From: Candidatus Enterousia sp.
Lineage (GTDB): Bacteria > Pseudomonadota > Alphaproteobacteria > Rs-D84
Reading direction: 5' to 3'
DNA length: 64,000 nucleotides
Assembly: GCA_045634865.1 (NCBI GenBank)
Contig: JAZRBB010000002.1
Span: 129,645-193,644, forward strand
Part shown: positions 30,059 through 41,400 of the stretch, piece after piece
Layout: each line of letters begins with the position of its first letter
How positions within the stretch are numbered: the stretch's first letter is position 1
Program-made: the position numbers and the translations under genes
Notes under the pieces: generated by a model
Databases searched by the model: none
Seen by the model: only the letters and a program-made list of their open reading frames with translations
What the model was told of the DNA's origin: nothing

Positions 30059-30604
30059 TCATTTTTTTCTTAAAATCAAAAATCTGGCGCGACCGTAGGT
30101 TTTATCTTTTAATATTTCCAAATTATCGTCTATTTTTGGGGTTAGCTGATTTGATTCGTATTCCCATATAATAATTGTTCCGGATTTTACAATTTTTGCC
30201 AGTTTTTTAATAAATACTAACCCTATACCAAACATAGAATAAGGCGGATCCAGAAAGATTAAATCGCTATCTGGACCATATGTTTTGATTACTGACAATG
30301 CATCAACTTTTTCCAATTTTGCAGTTGCTTTCATAGAATCAAGATTTTTTCTGACGGCATCTGGCACGACATCTGTAAAAATAACTTTGGCATTATCGTA
30401 TCTGGAAATACACTCCAGACCAAAAGCACCAGACCCTGCAAATGCATCCCAAACAACGAATGGTTTGGTCGTATCAAGTGGCAAATCCAAAATCATATTA
30501 AACAAAGCACCACGCGCCAAGTTTTGTGTTGGACGCGCGCCATCTGGTAAAAACAATTTTTTACCACGATATCTGCCAGAAATGATTTGCAAATTAGATT
30601 TCAT
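30059..30604 (-). CDS. rsmD: 16S rRNA m2G966 methyltransferase
   Basis: IISGRYRGKKL, RPT, DAFAGSGA, FLDPPY. Confidence 0.92.
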   Translation of the reverse strand: MKSNLQIISGRYRGKKLFLPDGARPTQNLARGALFNMILDLPLDTTKPFVVWDAFAGSGAFGLECISRYDNAKVIFTDVVPDAVRKNLDSMKATAKLEKVDALSVIKTYGPDSDLIFLDPPYSMFGIGLVFIKKLAKIVKSGTIIIWEYESNQLTPKIDDNLEILKDKTYGRARFLILRKK

Positions 30605-30621
30605 ACTGTAAAGTATAAAAT

Positions 30622-31074
30622 ATGAACTTTATGAATCAAGCATTTATTTTGGCAAACAAAGCATTGGCACATAATGATGTACCGATTGGTGCAGTTATTG
30701 TCAAAGACGGCAAGATTATTGCGCGTGGTGAAAATAGGGTGCAAAAATCTAAAAATCCAACTTTACACGCTGAAATTGTCGCCATAAACAAAGCATGCAA
30801 AAAATTAAACTCTAAGTTTTTAGACGGCTGTGATTTATATGTGACTTTGGAACCTTGTTCTATGTGTGCAACTGCTATATCTTTTGCTCGAATACAAAAT
30901 GTTTATTTTGCAGCACGTGATGAAAAAGGTGGCGGAATATTACACAATGCAAAAATATTTGATAATGACAAACATTTGTGGAAACCAAATATTCATGAAA
31001 TGCCAGAATACGCAGAACAATCTGCACAAATACTGAAACAATTTTTCGCACAGTTGCGCAATAAACTATCTTGA
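30622..31074 (+). CDS. tadA: tRNA adenosine(34) deaminase
   Basis: VPIGAVIV, HAE, TLEPCSMC, DEKGG. Confidence 0.85.
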   Translation: MNFMNQAFILANKALAHNDVPIGAVIVKDGKIIARGENRVQKSKNPTLHAEIVAINKACKKLNSKFLDGCDLYVTLEPCSMCATAISFARIQNVYFAARDEKGGGILHNAKIFDNDKHLWKPNIHEMPEYAEQSAQILKQFFAQLRNKLS

Positions 31075-31602
31075 TGGTTTATATATAACGCGTTTTGATT
31101 CAACATATTGTTTTAACACATCTTCGCCTAATTCTGTTTCTATATTGCCATACACGTTTATTCCGCGTTTTTGGAACTCTTTCAGCCAGTTTGGCTTGAA
31201 ACCTTCGTCAAATCCTGTAATTTTTTCTACGACTTTTGACGGTACACCATAATAAACATTTTTTATACCAGACCACATAATCGCACCAATGCACATCATG
31301 CAAGGTTCAGCAGTAATATATAAATCCAGATTTTTTGGCGCCAAATCATAGGTTTTCAATTCGGATTGTGCTGCACGAATAACGTTTATTTCTGCATGAT
31401 GATTACTGCAATCATCCATAACAACAGTATTTGCACGTTGTGCTATCAAATATGGTCCCTGATATATCGCTGCTAAAAAAGGGCCATGTCCACGTTCAAT
31501 ATATTCACGCAATTCGTTTTGCAATTTTGTAATTATCTCTGTTGCGCGTTTCAATTTTTTTGCGTTTATCTTATCTGCATTAGTAATAATTTTTGTGTTC
31601 AT
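31066..31602 (-). CDS. Nucleoside/guanine deaminase (CDA superfamily)
   Basis: GPFLAAI, HAE, EPCMMC.GAI.W, GFDEG. Confidence 0.85.
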   Translation of the reverse strand: MNTKIITNADKINAKKLKRATEIITKLQNELREYIERGHGPFLAAIYQGPYLIAQRANTVVMDDCSNHHAEINVIRAAQSELKTYDLAPKNLDLYITAEPCMMCIGAIMWSGIKNVYYGVPSKVVEKITGFDEGFKPNWLKEFQKRGINVYGNIETELGEDVLKQYVESKRVIYKPSR

Positions 31603-31605
31603 AAT

Positions 31606-33081
31606 TTATTTTTCCTTTATCAAAGATTTTCCAGTCATTGCTTTTGGTTGTTTTATGTTTAACAAATCCAAGATTGTTGGTGCGACATCTTGCAACCCAC
31701 CATCATTCACAACAAAATCACCATTAGAAACCATTATAAAATTCACAGGGTTGATTGTGTGTGATGTCAACGGAACATTATGTTCATCGTCCCACATTTG
31801 CTCTGCATTGCCATGATCTGCAATAATCAACATAGCGCCGTTCAAGGCCAGTACGGCAGGAACAAGTTCAGACAATTGTTTATCCAAACATTCCATCGCT
31901 TTGATTGCAGCAGACTCATTACCGGTATGACCAACCATATCGCCATTTGCAAAGTTCAGAATAACAACATCAAATTGCGATAATCTCGGCAACAAAGCCG
32001 TTGTGATTTCATTAGCAGACATTTCAGGTTTTATATCGAAAGTCGCAACATCTGGGGACGGTATTAAAACTTTTTCTTCTTTATCATAATCAATATTGCG
32101 TTCAGCATCCATAAAATATGTCACATGATTATACTTTTCTGTTTCTGCAATACGCAATTGGGATTTTCCGTTTTCTGCCAAAACATCGCCCAAAGTATCT
32201 GTTGTTTTTATGTCAGGCAACAAAGCAGGGCAAACCTCGTCCAGTCCTTCGCCATATTGTGAAAAACACAGAATATGACAGCCGTTTTCAATGACCTTGC
32301 GCATAATTTGACGCGCACGATCACTGCGATAATTACCAAACACAAAACCATCACGTACTGTCAGTTTTGTTGGGGTTATAACAGTTGGTTTTATAAATTC
32401 GTCTGTTTCACCACGTGCATAAGCATCAGCCAATGCTTCATCTATTGTTTGTGCGTGGAACTCCGCTTCTGCATTTGATATAGCATCAAAAGCAAGTTGT
32501 GTTCTGTCGAGATTATTGTTTCTGTCCATTGTGTAATAACGCCCAGACAAAGTCCCAAAAAACACAGAATCATTTTCCAAAGCATCTTGTAATTCCGATT
32601 TAATCAAATCAATATATTTTTGTGCAGATTGGGGTGGAGTATCACGACCATCTGCAATAAAATGAATACAAACACGCAATCCACTATCTATAATATATTT
32701 AATTGTCTTGATAATATCAGTTATATTCGCGTGTACGCGCCCATCAGACATCAAGCCTGCGACATGAACAATGCCGCCGTCATTATAAACAGATTTAATA
32801 AAAGTATTTAGTGGTTTGTTTTTGCTTAGATTTTCAATCTCGAACCGGCGCAAAAATTGATTCACAATACGACCAGAACCAATAGTAATGTGTCCAACTT
32901 CTGAATTACCCATAATACCGTCTGGCAAACCAACTGCATTACCGCTGGCATTTAACAAAGAATGCGGATAATCATTTAATAATTTGTTGAAAAACGGCAT
33001 ATTTGCCATGGCTACGGCATTATGTTTTGGGTTTTTATTAACACCAACACCGTCCAATATACATAAAACAACAGGTTTCAT
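31606..33081 (-). CDS. gpmI: 2,3-bisphosphoglycerate-independent phosphoglycerate mutase
   Basis: ILDG, GNSEVGH, DGRDT, AETEKY, DMVGHTG, ADHGNAE. Confidence 0.97.
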   Translation of the reverse strand: MKPVVLCILDGVGVNKNPKHNAVAMANMPFFNKLLNDYPHSLLNASGNAVGLPDGIMGNSEVGHITIGSGRIVNQFLRRFEIENLSKNKPLNTFIKSVYNDGGIVHVAGLMSDGRVHANITDIIKTIKYIIDSGLRVCIHFIADGRDTPPQSAQKYIDLIKSELQDALENDSVFFGTLSGRYYTMDRNNNLDRTQLAFDAISNAEAEFHAQTIDEALADAYARGETDEFIKPTVITPTKLTVRDGFVFGNYRSDRARQIMRKVIENGCHILCFSQYGEGLDEVCPALLPDIKTTDTLGDVLAENGKSQLRIAETEKYNHVTYFMDAERNIDYDKEEKVLIPSPDVATFDIKPEMSANEITTALLPRLSQFDVVILNFANGDMVGHTGNESAAIKAMECLDKQLSELVPAVLALNGAMLIIADHGNAEQMWDDEHNVPLTSHTINPVNFIMVSNGDFVVNDGGLQDVAPTILDLLNIKQPKAMTGKSLIKEK

Positions 33082-33188
33082 TTTATACATCCTTTCTGAT
33101 TATTACAGATTACCATATATGTTTTTTCATTGCAAAACAAAAAGAAAAAATGTATAAATATCATATAATAAAACAATAAGGTCTTGAT

Positions 33189-33605
33189 ATGGCAAGGAAA
33201 GCAGGAATTATAAATTCAGTAGATAATTATATCGCACAACGTTTGCAGTTGCGTCGTGTAATGCTTGGGATGACCCAATCTGATTTGGCAAAACGTTGTG
33301 GCGTCAGTTTTCAGCAGATACAAAAATATGAAACTGCTGGAAACCGAATTCCTGCATCACGTTTATTTGATTTAAGTCAGGCTTTGGAAACATCGGTTGC
33401 CTTTTTCTTTTCGGGATTACCGGGTAATTTTCCACCGGAAACCAAGGCAAATCGTTCCATGCGTGTATCTGAACCAAAAGAAAACGACCCTTTAACGAAA
33501 AATGAGACATTGCAATTAGTAAATCTTTATTGGAACCTGCCAAACGATGAACAACGTGAAATGGTTATGAAGATGCTAAAAACATTAACTGGCAATAAAG
33601 AATAA
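33189..33605 (+). CDS. XRE/Cro-type HTH transcriptional regulator
   Basis: RRVMLGMTQSDLA...SFQQIQKYE..NRI. Confidence 0.9.
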   Translation: MARKAGIINSVDNYIAQRLQLRRVMLGMTQSDLAKRCGVSFQQIQKYETAGNRIPASRLFDLSQALETSVAFFFSGLPGNFPPETKANRSMRVSEPKENDPLTKNETLQLVNLYWNLPNDEQREMVMKMLKTLTGNKE

Positions 33606-33623
33606 CGGCTATAGCTCAACAAA

Positions 33624-36263
33624 CTAATTATGTTTTTGTGATTGTAATATATTTTGTTGTGCGTACGCTTTCGTATCCATATCAAAACCTTTACTGGTAT
33701 TATTATAATCTTGTTCTTGTGGAGCTTTATTTCTGTGATTATCTGTACCAAGCATCGTGTTAGTAACAGTGGTGAATGACTCTTTTATAAATCCTCTGTT
33801 GGATGAGGAAGAATTGATGTTTGTGTTTTTACTGTCATTAATAGATCTTTCTGTTGCGGCAATATTGCAATTGCCATTTTTATAATTGCCCGTAGAATCC
33901 AACCATCTACACAACTTCTGTGTATAAGTTTTGTTCAAATTACACGACACTTTATCTCTATCAACATCACCTTTGCCTGCACAAAATTTCTCAATTGAAG
34001 CCTCTAAACACACACCAACATCACCAGTTTTGATAGAACCCAAAATCGACTGCAAAGATGTTCCACCATAATATGTCTTATAATAATCTTGATTTAAATC
34101 GTCTACCGTTAAAATACCAGATGTCAAGGATTTTACTGCTGTAGCGCCGTCATCATACCAAACACCACCAGAATCTTCGCATCCCATTGCAAAGGCCAAG
34201 CCTAATTCATCAAAAATACCTTTTATAACACGATTAACAATATCAGTATTAAAAGCAGATTTTTCTCTGTCGTTGATATTAGATTCATCACTACGCACCA
34301 TATCTAATGCACAAAATTTGTTTGCCCAATCTGTTAAATCTGCTCGCAACTGTGATTTCGACATACTTGCACAACGATCCGGATATTCAGCAAGTACATA
34401 ATCCCCAGTAATTTCATCTACTATATAATTACCACTTGCGTCTGTTTTATATGTATCAGAAGCAGGGGTGCATAGCTCGTGTGCACGCGCTGTCAATGTT
34501 GTTTCACACTCAGCCGCAACCTTTGATGAATCCACAGTATCCACAAACGTCAATAATGCTTGCAAACCACATTTGTTTCCCTCAATCGCTGATATTTTTC
34601 TAGTTGTTCTATCATACTGACATCCGTCAGAACCGCCGTGTAATGCTGCACAAGCCATAACTTTGTCATAACATGTAGCCCTGGCTACAACAACGGAACC
34701 CGCACCAAAATTATATTGATCATCAACTTCTGCAAAATCATTCAATTCTCCTGTTTGATAGTTATAACAATCTTTGATGACAGACACGCAAGAATCTTTT
34801 GCGTTTTGGACAAGTTCGTCCTGTTTTTGCGCGATCTTTATCATAGCAATATGTTTAAATTCATTCCATACATCTTCTGCCAAATCACGACACCCATCCA
34901 ATGCAGTTACTGCGTACAATTGCCTTTTATTTTCTAATTCTTGGTTCCAACGAGGATTAGCCGTAAGCACATCATCATCACCTAGCTTGGGCGTGATTTC
35001 TGATATTTTAAACAGCTGATTATAAATTGGTTTACCAGTTGTTTGATTTATATAATCACCTGTATAATCCAAACATTTTATATAATCTTCACCGCATACT
35101 GCTTCTTCAACCTTGTCTAAGCATGCGTTAAAATCTTGAGAATTATGAGCCCGATATTCTTCAAGACGTGCATCTCTTAATAACGATTCTGCTTTACGAA
35201 CTGTTTGGCTAACAGACTCTTTTTTTGCGTTTATACTTTGTTCAACTATATTACAATCCTGTGTAATCATAATGGAGTATGCTGAGGATGCAAGATTGAA
35301 TAATGCATCGCTTGAACAACTATCGCGTGTAATAGCAGTGCATTGACTGCTGGCACGTTTGTACAAAGCCTCGCCTTCTAGTCCCGAAATATTATCAACT
35401 GAGCTTCGATTAAATATAGAATTATCAGAATTAGACCAAATATCACCCAAATCAGAAAAACTTCCAAAATTTATTATGCCTAATGAAGATGATGCGCTTT
35501 TATTTGAACTAGACCTTTTACCAGACAATATATCGCCAATTTCATCAAGTAATTTTTGTGATGCACTGGTGTCCTTCTTTATTGCGTCTTCACCGGCAGT
35601 CGAAGAATACATAGCATCAACTTCCGCTGTGGTTTTATCAATAACGTTCAAATTATTATTCTGAAAATCTGCCAACATACCCAATGCCTGGTCCAAATTG
35701 TCAGACATATCCCTTAAACCTTGAAACTTATTACTGCAAAAACAACGTCTGTACGAATCGTCTGCATTTGCACAAAATTGATCCATACATGTTGCATAGG
35801 CGTCGCGACAATTAGAATAACCACCACCAATTTTCGTTACGTCGCTAAACACCGCCGTTGCGCGCGAAGCGGCTGCACGAGAGACATGATTATTAATATT
35901 TGTGTTTTTGGCACTTCTGTTTACAGATGAACGCGCCGTTCCAGATTTAGAAACAGCAGCCCGAGATAAATTGGAACCAGAAGATACAACACGCGCACCA
36001 GAACGAACAGATATGTTTGATGTAGTGCGTGCAATCGCAGGGCGCGCGGTTACTGTTTTTCCCGAACGACGTGCGTTTGCACTTGTTGAACGTGCAATAA
36101 CAGAAGTAGCAGAACGCCGTATCAATGTGTTGTTATCTAACGATTGATTTCGGGTCAAGACTTTGGAACTGGTTGCGCGCGGACTTTGCCCGCCAAAAGC
36201 GACAGCAGGCGCAACAATTGCAAACACACAAACACGAAAGATTTTATTAATAAATCCCGCCAC
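33624..36263 (-). CDS. Large secreted Cys-rich hypothetical protein
   Basis: Signal peptide, Arg/Ser/Ala-rich N-terminal region, many paired cysteines (CRDAYATCMDQFC...CFCS). Confidence 0.7.
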   Translation of the reverse strand: MAGFINKIFRVCVFAIVAPAVAFGGQSPRATSSKVLTRNQSLDNNTLIRRSATSVIARSTSANARRSGKTVTARPAIARTTSNISVRSGARVVSSGSNLSRAAVSKSGTARSSVNRSAKNTNINNHVSRAAASRATAVFSDVTKIGGGYSNCRDAYATCMDQFCANADDSYRRCFCSNKFQGLRDMSDNLDQALGMLADFQNNNLNVIDKTTAEVDAMYSSTAGEDAIKKDTSASQKLLDEIGDILSGKRSSSNKSASSSLGIINFGSFSDLGDIWSNSDNSIFNRSSVDNISGLEGEALYKRASSQCTAITRDSCSSDALFNLASSAYSIMITQDCNIVEQSINAKKESVSQTVRKAESLLRDARLEEYRAHNSQDFNACLDKVEEAVCGEDYIKCLDYTGDYINQTTGKPIYNQLFKISEITPKLGDDDVLTANPRWNQELENKRQLYAVTALDGCRDLAEDVWNEFKHIAMIKIAQKQDELVQNAKDSCVSVIKDCYNYQTGELNDFAEVDDQYNFGAGSVVVARATCYDKVMACAALHGGSDGCQYDRTTRKISAIEGNKCGLQALLTFVDTVDSSKVAAECETTLTARAHELCTPASDTYKTDASGNYIVDEITGDYVLAEYPDRCASMSKSQLRADLTDWANKFCALDMVRSDESNINDREKSAFNTDIVNRVIKGIFDELGLAFAMGCEDSGGVWYDDGATAVKSLTSGILTVDDLNQDYYKTYYGGTSLQSILGSIKTGDVGVCLEASIEKFCAGKGDVDRDKVSCNLNKTYTQKLCRWLDSTGNYKNGNCNIAATERSINDSKNTNINSSSSNRGFIKESFTTVTNTMLGTDNHRNKAPQEQDYNNTSKGFDMDTKAYAQQNILQSQKHN

Positions 36264-36327
36264 GATATCTTATTCTCTCTTACTGTCCCTGTTATTTTAC
36301 CATTTTTGGGCAAGCCAAATCAAGCAT

Positions 36328-36921
36328 TTATTCAATGCAACAATTTACCGCTTTCTTTACCCATTGACCCAGTTTTTTTACACCAGACACTTTTTCATCT
36401 GTCTTTTTTGTCTTTTCATCTGTTGTTTTTGATATATTACAAGCCTTGGTCGCGCCATCATAAAAGTCTGGTACAGATTCATGAACGCCACTCAAATCTA
36501 TCAAATCCATATTTAATCCCCAAAACAAAGAATATAAATCATATGCCTTACTAAACATTTCATAGGCTTCTTTTTTCTTACCAGCACCAAGTGCCTTGGT
36601 TCCAACTTCGTATAAGCGCATAGATGCAGCCAACAAATGCTTAGAAATACACCAAACTTCACCATTTTCGGAACTGGATTTCTTTACAATGCGTTCCATT
36701 AATTCTTTGCGCATATTACGAACAACATTTATCAAATCATAAAAACCAGGTTTTTGAGTTTTTGCACCGCTGAAAAAGAAATGTTCTTCCAAAGACACCA
36801 GGTTCATCAATGCAATAGACAAATCTTGGTCTGAAGATAAATCCAGTGGATTAGTTTTCTTGGCCGCATCCAGTTTTTTTATCATTTCGTCCATTGATAA
36901 TTTTTTATCAGTTTTTTTCAT
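36328..36921 (-). CDS. Hypothetical helical protein with WCISKHLL and C-terminal CC motif
   Basis: 197-aa ORF with RBS, co-oriented with the upstream membrane protein. Confidence 0.7.
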   Translation of the reverse strand: MKKTDKKLSMDEMIKKLDAAKKTNPLDLSSDQDLSIALMNLVSLEEHFFFSGAKTQKPGFYDLINVVRNMRKELMERIVKKSSSENGEVWCISKHLLAASMRLYEVGTKALGAGKKKEAYEMFSKAYDLYSLFWGLNMDLIDLSGVHESVPDFYDGATKACNISKTTDEKTKKTDEKVSGVKKLGQWVKKAVNCCIE

Positions 36922-36946
36922 TTTTTATCCTTTATTGTTATATCTT

Positions 36947-37495
36947 TTAGCACAAAACTATACCGACGGTTGGTAGATATTTTATAATCAGCCAGAAAAT
37001 TCCAGTCATAATCAACAACCCACCAAAAGGCATTACAACTTTCTGAAAAGGAAATAGGGCATGACCACCATTTTTTTGTTTGATGTGTTTATACCACACT
37101 TCCATTAAAATAAATGTTGTTGCGCCAACCAATATTCCCAATAAAAACTGGTCAATTCCCCACATGCAATTATCCCACCATTTTACAATTGGATTGCCAC
37201 GTGGCACAAAATACACAGCCCCCAACAAAGACGCATACACCAAAACATTTAATATATACCAAAAAACGTTCTTAACATTATGTTTTTTCATATAATTAGC
37301 CGTCCAACCAATCAAGGAAACCGTTAAACCACCAGCCCATATACCTGTCAAAACATCTTTGACACCCAATATACGCATGCCTTCGAGTCCTGCACCAATT
37401 GCAATCGTACAAACTGGACATACAGCCTCTGCCGTATTGAACAACAGAAAAAAACATGCAAAAACACATATAAACCAAGGTAATATCTTTCTCAT
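36947..37495 (-). CDS. Hypothetical multi-pass membrane protein with CPVC motif
   Basis: Signal-like N-terminus, AVCPVCT, several hydrophobic helices. Confidence 0.7.
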   Translation of the reverse strand: MRKILPWFICVFACFFLLFNTAEAVCPVCTIAIGAGLEGMRILGVKDVLTGIWAGGLTVSLIGWTANYMKKHNVKNVFWYILNVLVYASLLGAVYFVPRGNPIVKWWDNCMWGIDQFLLGILVGATTFILMEVWYKHIKQKNGGHALFPFQKVVMPFGGLLIMTGIFWLIIKYLPTVGIVLC

Positions 37496-37561
37496 CTTTC
37501 CTTTTCCTTTTGTAGTCTTTTTATTTTATACAAAATCACAAATCAGGTCAACACCATATTT

Positions 37562-38413
37562 TCATAATTTTTGTACCCCTCGTAAATGCGCAGATCTGGC
37601 ACGTGAATTATTCTCTAACTCTTGCACAGACGGCGTATAAACCTTTAACATTTTGTATTCTGGTTCTGAAACATTTGGCATGCGTGGGTCACCAGAAACA
37701 TTTGTCCACTGACGAAACGCGTTTTTTACAATTCTATCTTCGATTGAATGAAAAGTGACACACAAACACCGCCCGCCAGAACATAATAATTTATGCACAC
37801 TGTCTAATGCTGATTTTAATTGTCCCATTTCGTCATTTACTGCGATACGTAAAGCCTGAAATACAGGCGCTATGTCATGTGGATTTTTGATTAAATCACG
37901 CAATTGAAAAGTTGTTGTTGGTAAATTTTGCTTTAATATATTTGCAATCAATTTAGATTTTTTTACATCGCCATATTCGTACAGAATATTTGCTAATTCA
38001 TTCACAGACATATTTTTTATCAAATCTGTTGCACCACATTCTAAACGACAATCCATGCGCATATCTAGTGGTGCATCAAATCGAAACGAAAATCCGCGTT
38101 CCGCGTTATCAATCTGCATTGAAGATATACCCAAATCAAAAACAATATCATCAAATTCGGTTGAATCTAACTTATCAACATCTGAAAAAGGTGCATTTAT
38201 AAATCGGAAGTTGTCACCGTATTTGTGTTTTATTTCGTTCGCATCAACAACAACATTTGTATCACGATCAAAAGCAATTACTTTTGCACCTGCATCCAAT
38301 AATGCACGTGTATATCCGCCTGCACCAAAAGTACAATCAACAACAGTTCGACCACGAACATCACCAAAAACACTCATAACACTATCTAAAAGAACAGGTA
38401 TATGTTTTATCAT
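37562..38413 (-). CDS. rsmH: 16S rRNA m4C1402 methyltransferase
   Basis: HIPVLL, DCTFGAGG, DLGISSMQ, PLDMRM, FQALRIAVN, FHSIEDR. Confidence 0.97.
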   Translation of the reverse strand: MIKHIPVLLDSVMSVFGDVRGRTVVDCTFGAGGYTRALLDAGAKVIAFDRDTNVVVDANEIKHKYGDNFRFINAPFSDVDKLDSTEFDDIVFDLGISSMQIDNAERGFSFRFDAPLDMRMDCRLECGATDLIKNMSVNELANILYEYGDVKKSKLIANILKQNLPTTTFQLRDLIKNPHDIAPVFQALRIAVNDEMGQLKSALDSVHKLLCSGGRCLCVTFHSIEDRIVKNAFRQWTNVSGDPRMPNVSEPEYKMLKVYTPSVQELENNSRARSAHLRGVQKL

Positions 38414-41400
38414 TCTATTGTCACCTTGGTCCCCAAAGCAGTTAAATCTTTCGCAGTTGTTGCACCCAATTCAATCGTTCGTTTTAATATTAATGCTGCA
38501 TTTTTATCGTCAGAATGCAAATTTAATACAACCTGGGTCTGACCAGCAGGTAATGCCATCAAAGCCTTTTTAATATCGGGCAATATAGATTGATTACTCA
38601 CATCAATAGTTATTGTCTTTGCAATTTTTGCGACCCATTTTGTCAAAGGCATAACAGAATCAACAAAGATAGAAACTCTGTCATCACGAATCGAAGTTTT
38701 TCCCGAAAGTACCACAGCCGTTTCATTGCTTAACGATTGCGCTAAATCAAATGTATTTTCACCAAACGCAACCCCTTCAAGATTACCAAAACTGTCTGAC
38801 GCATTTATGGTCAACATATCTTTACCAGTTTTGGTTTTGCGCCTTGAATAAGAATTAACATTTACAGCAATCTGAACCATTTTTCTGTCACCAACAGATT
38901 CCAAAGTCGCACTAGTTGCTAATTTTGCACGCGCAATTAAATGTTTATACTGATCCAACGGATGTGCAGAAATATAAAAGCCCAAAGCAGACAATTCGTT
39001 TTCTAATCTTTGTGCAAAAGTCCATGGCGTTGTCTTTGGTAAATCTTTCAATAATCTGTCTTCGCCAACATCATCTTCGGTTGTATTAGCAAATAATGAT
39101 AAAGAATTTACACTTTCACGTGATTTAGATGCATAAGCCAAAATCGCATCTGCATTCATAAATATCAACGCACGATTTTTTTCGATTGAATCCAAAACAC
39201 CAACTTTTGCGAACGCTTCCAGTATACGTTTGTTTATAAACGGCGAACATCTTTTTGCAAAATCTGTCAAATTCTTGAATTTTCCATGTGCTTCACGTTC
39301 TGCAACAATTGCATCAGTTGCAACTGCGCCAACCCCCTTTATTGCAGCCAAAGCATAAATAATCTTGCCATCTTTCACTGTGAACAAAGATTCGCTCTGA
39401 TTTATATCTGGCGGAACAATTTGTATGTTGAAATTAGACTTGGCATCATCAACAAATATGGCCAATTGATCTGTATCGTTCATATTACTGGACATAGATG
39501 ATGCTAAAAACTCAGCAGGAAAATGCGCTTTCAGATACGCACATTGATTTGCAACAATGGAATAGGCCACCGCGTGTGATTTATTAAACGCATATTTTGC
39601 AAATTCCTTGAATTTTTCCCACAAATCTTTGGCGGTGGCTTCATCCAAAGTATCTTCTTTCTTGCACCCCTCCAAAAATTTGATTTCAAGTTTAGCCAAC
39701 AAATCAAGTTTCTTTTTACCCATCGCTTTACGTACAGTATCTGATTCACCACGTGTAAAACCCGCAAGCACTCTGGTCAATTGCATAACCTGTTCTTGGT
39801 AAACGATAATACCATAACTTTCTTTTAATATTGGTTCAGCACGCGGATGAACATATTCAATTGGTTCTTCGCCATGCATACGTGCGATAAATTGTGGAAT
39901 AAATGCAATAGGGCCAGGACGATTCAACGCGTTTAATGCAGATATTTCCAAGAAACTTGTTGGATGCATTTTCTTTAATGTCTGTTGAACAAATGTGGCA
40001 TCGAATTGGAATATACCTTCGGTCAAACCAGACTGCCATAATTCCATTGTTTTTGCATCGTCAGTTGGGATTTTATCTAAGTCAACATTCACACCACGTG
40101 TTTTTTGTATCAACTTTACAGCATATTTTAATACAACCAAGGTTTCTAACCCCAAAAAGTCAAATTTGATTAAACCGGCAGATTCCAAATAATGCCCATC
40201 AAATTGACATGATGGCAAAGGGTTTGCTGGATCACGATAAACGGGCGCAATCTTAGTAGTTGGTCTGTCACCAATAACTACACCACATGCATGTTGTCCC
40301 AGGTTTCGTATAGAACCTTCTAAATCTTCTGCAACCTGAACCACCTTTTTCATATCCGCATCATTGTCCAGGATTTCTTGCATTTCACGTGATGCATCAA
40401 CGGCTTCACGCAAAGTTTTTGCGTCCGCAGGAATCAATTTAGATAATCTGTCTGATTTAGAATACGGAATACCATAAACGCGACCAATATCACGTATTGC
40501 ACCACGTGCCTGCAAACTGCCAAATGTAATAATTCGACACACAGAATCACGACCATATTTTTCGCCAACATAATCCAGCACCCGTTCAATTCCCGTTGGC
40601 TCAAAATCAACATCAAAATCAGGCATAGAAATACGATCTGGGTTCAGAAACCTTTCAAACAATAAACCATACTTTAACGGGTTTACATGCGTTATACCCA
40701 AAGCCCACGCAACAATAGAACCCGCACCCGAACCACGACCAGGCCCAGTTAAAATATCATTTTGACGGCACCAGTTTATATAATCAGCAACAATTAAAAA
40801 GTACCCAGGGAATCCCATACCAATGATAACACCTAGTTCATATTCTGCTTGCTCAAAATAGGGCGCGGTATCTGTAATGTTATGTTGTTTAATACGTTCT
40901 TTTAATCCGTTCATAGTTGCATCACGCAACATTTGACATTCGGTTTCTAAATCTGCGCCAAAACGTGGCAACAAGGGCTTTTCGTGTACATTTACGAAAA
41001 AGGCACAACGTTTTGCTATGTTTACGGTGTTTTCTATCGCCTCTGGTAAATCTGAAAACAATTCAGACATTTCTTCTGATGATTTGAAATATTGTTCTGA
41101 TGATTTGCGCGGTCTTTCTGGATCAATTATTTTTGTCTGCCCCAAAACACAACTTAACGCATCCATTGCTTCATAATCAGAACGCGCAGGGAAACAAACA
41201 TCATTTGTTGCAACAATTGGTATATTTAAATCACACGCAATTTGCAGAAACAAGGGTTCTGTTTTTATTTCGTCTTCCAGGCCATGTCTTTGTATTTCAA
41301 TATAAAAATTATCACCAAACATATCTAAAAATTGTTTGGCTAAATCAAATGCTGTATCATTTTGATTGTTTAATATTGCCATACCAATCGGTCCAGTATG

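Noticed and set aside
30622-31602. Paired deaminases as an editing or defence system
   Set aside because: They are convergent rather than co-transcribed, and each fits a housekeeping family (TadA; guanine/nucleoside deaminase)
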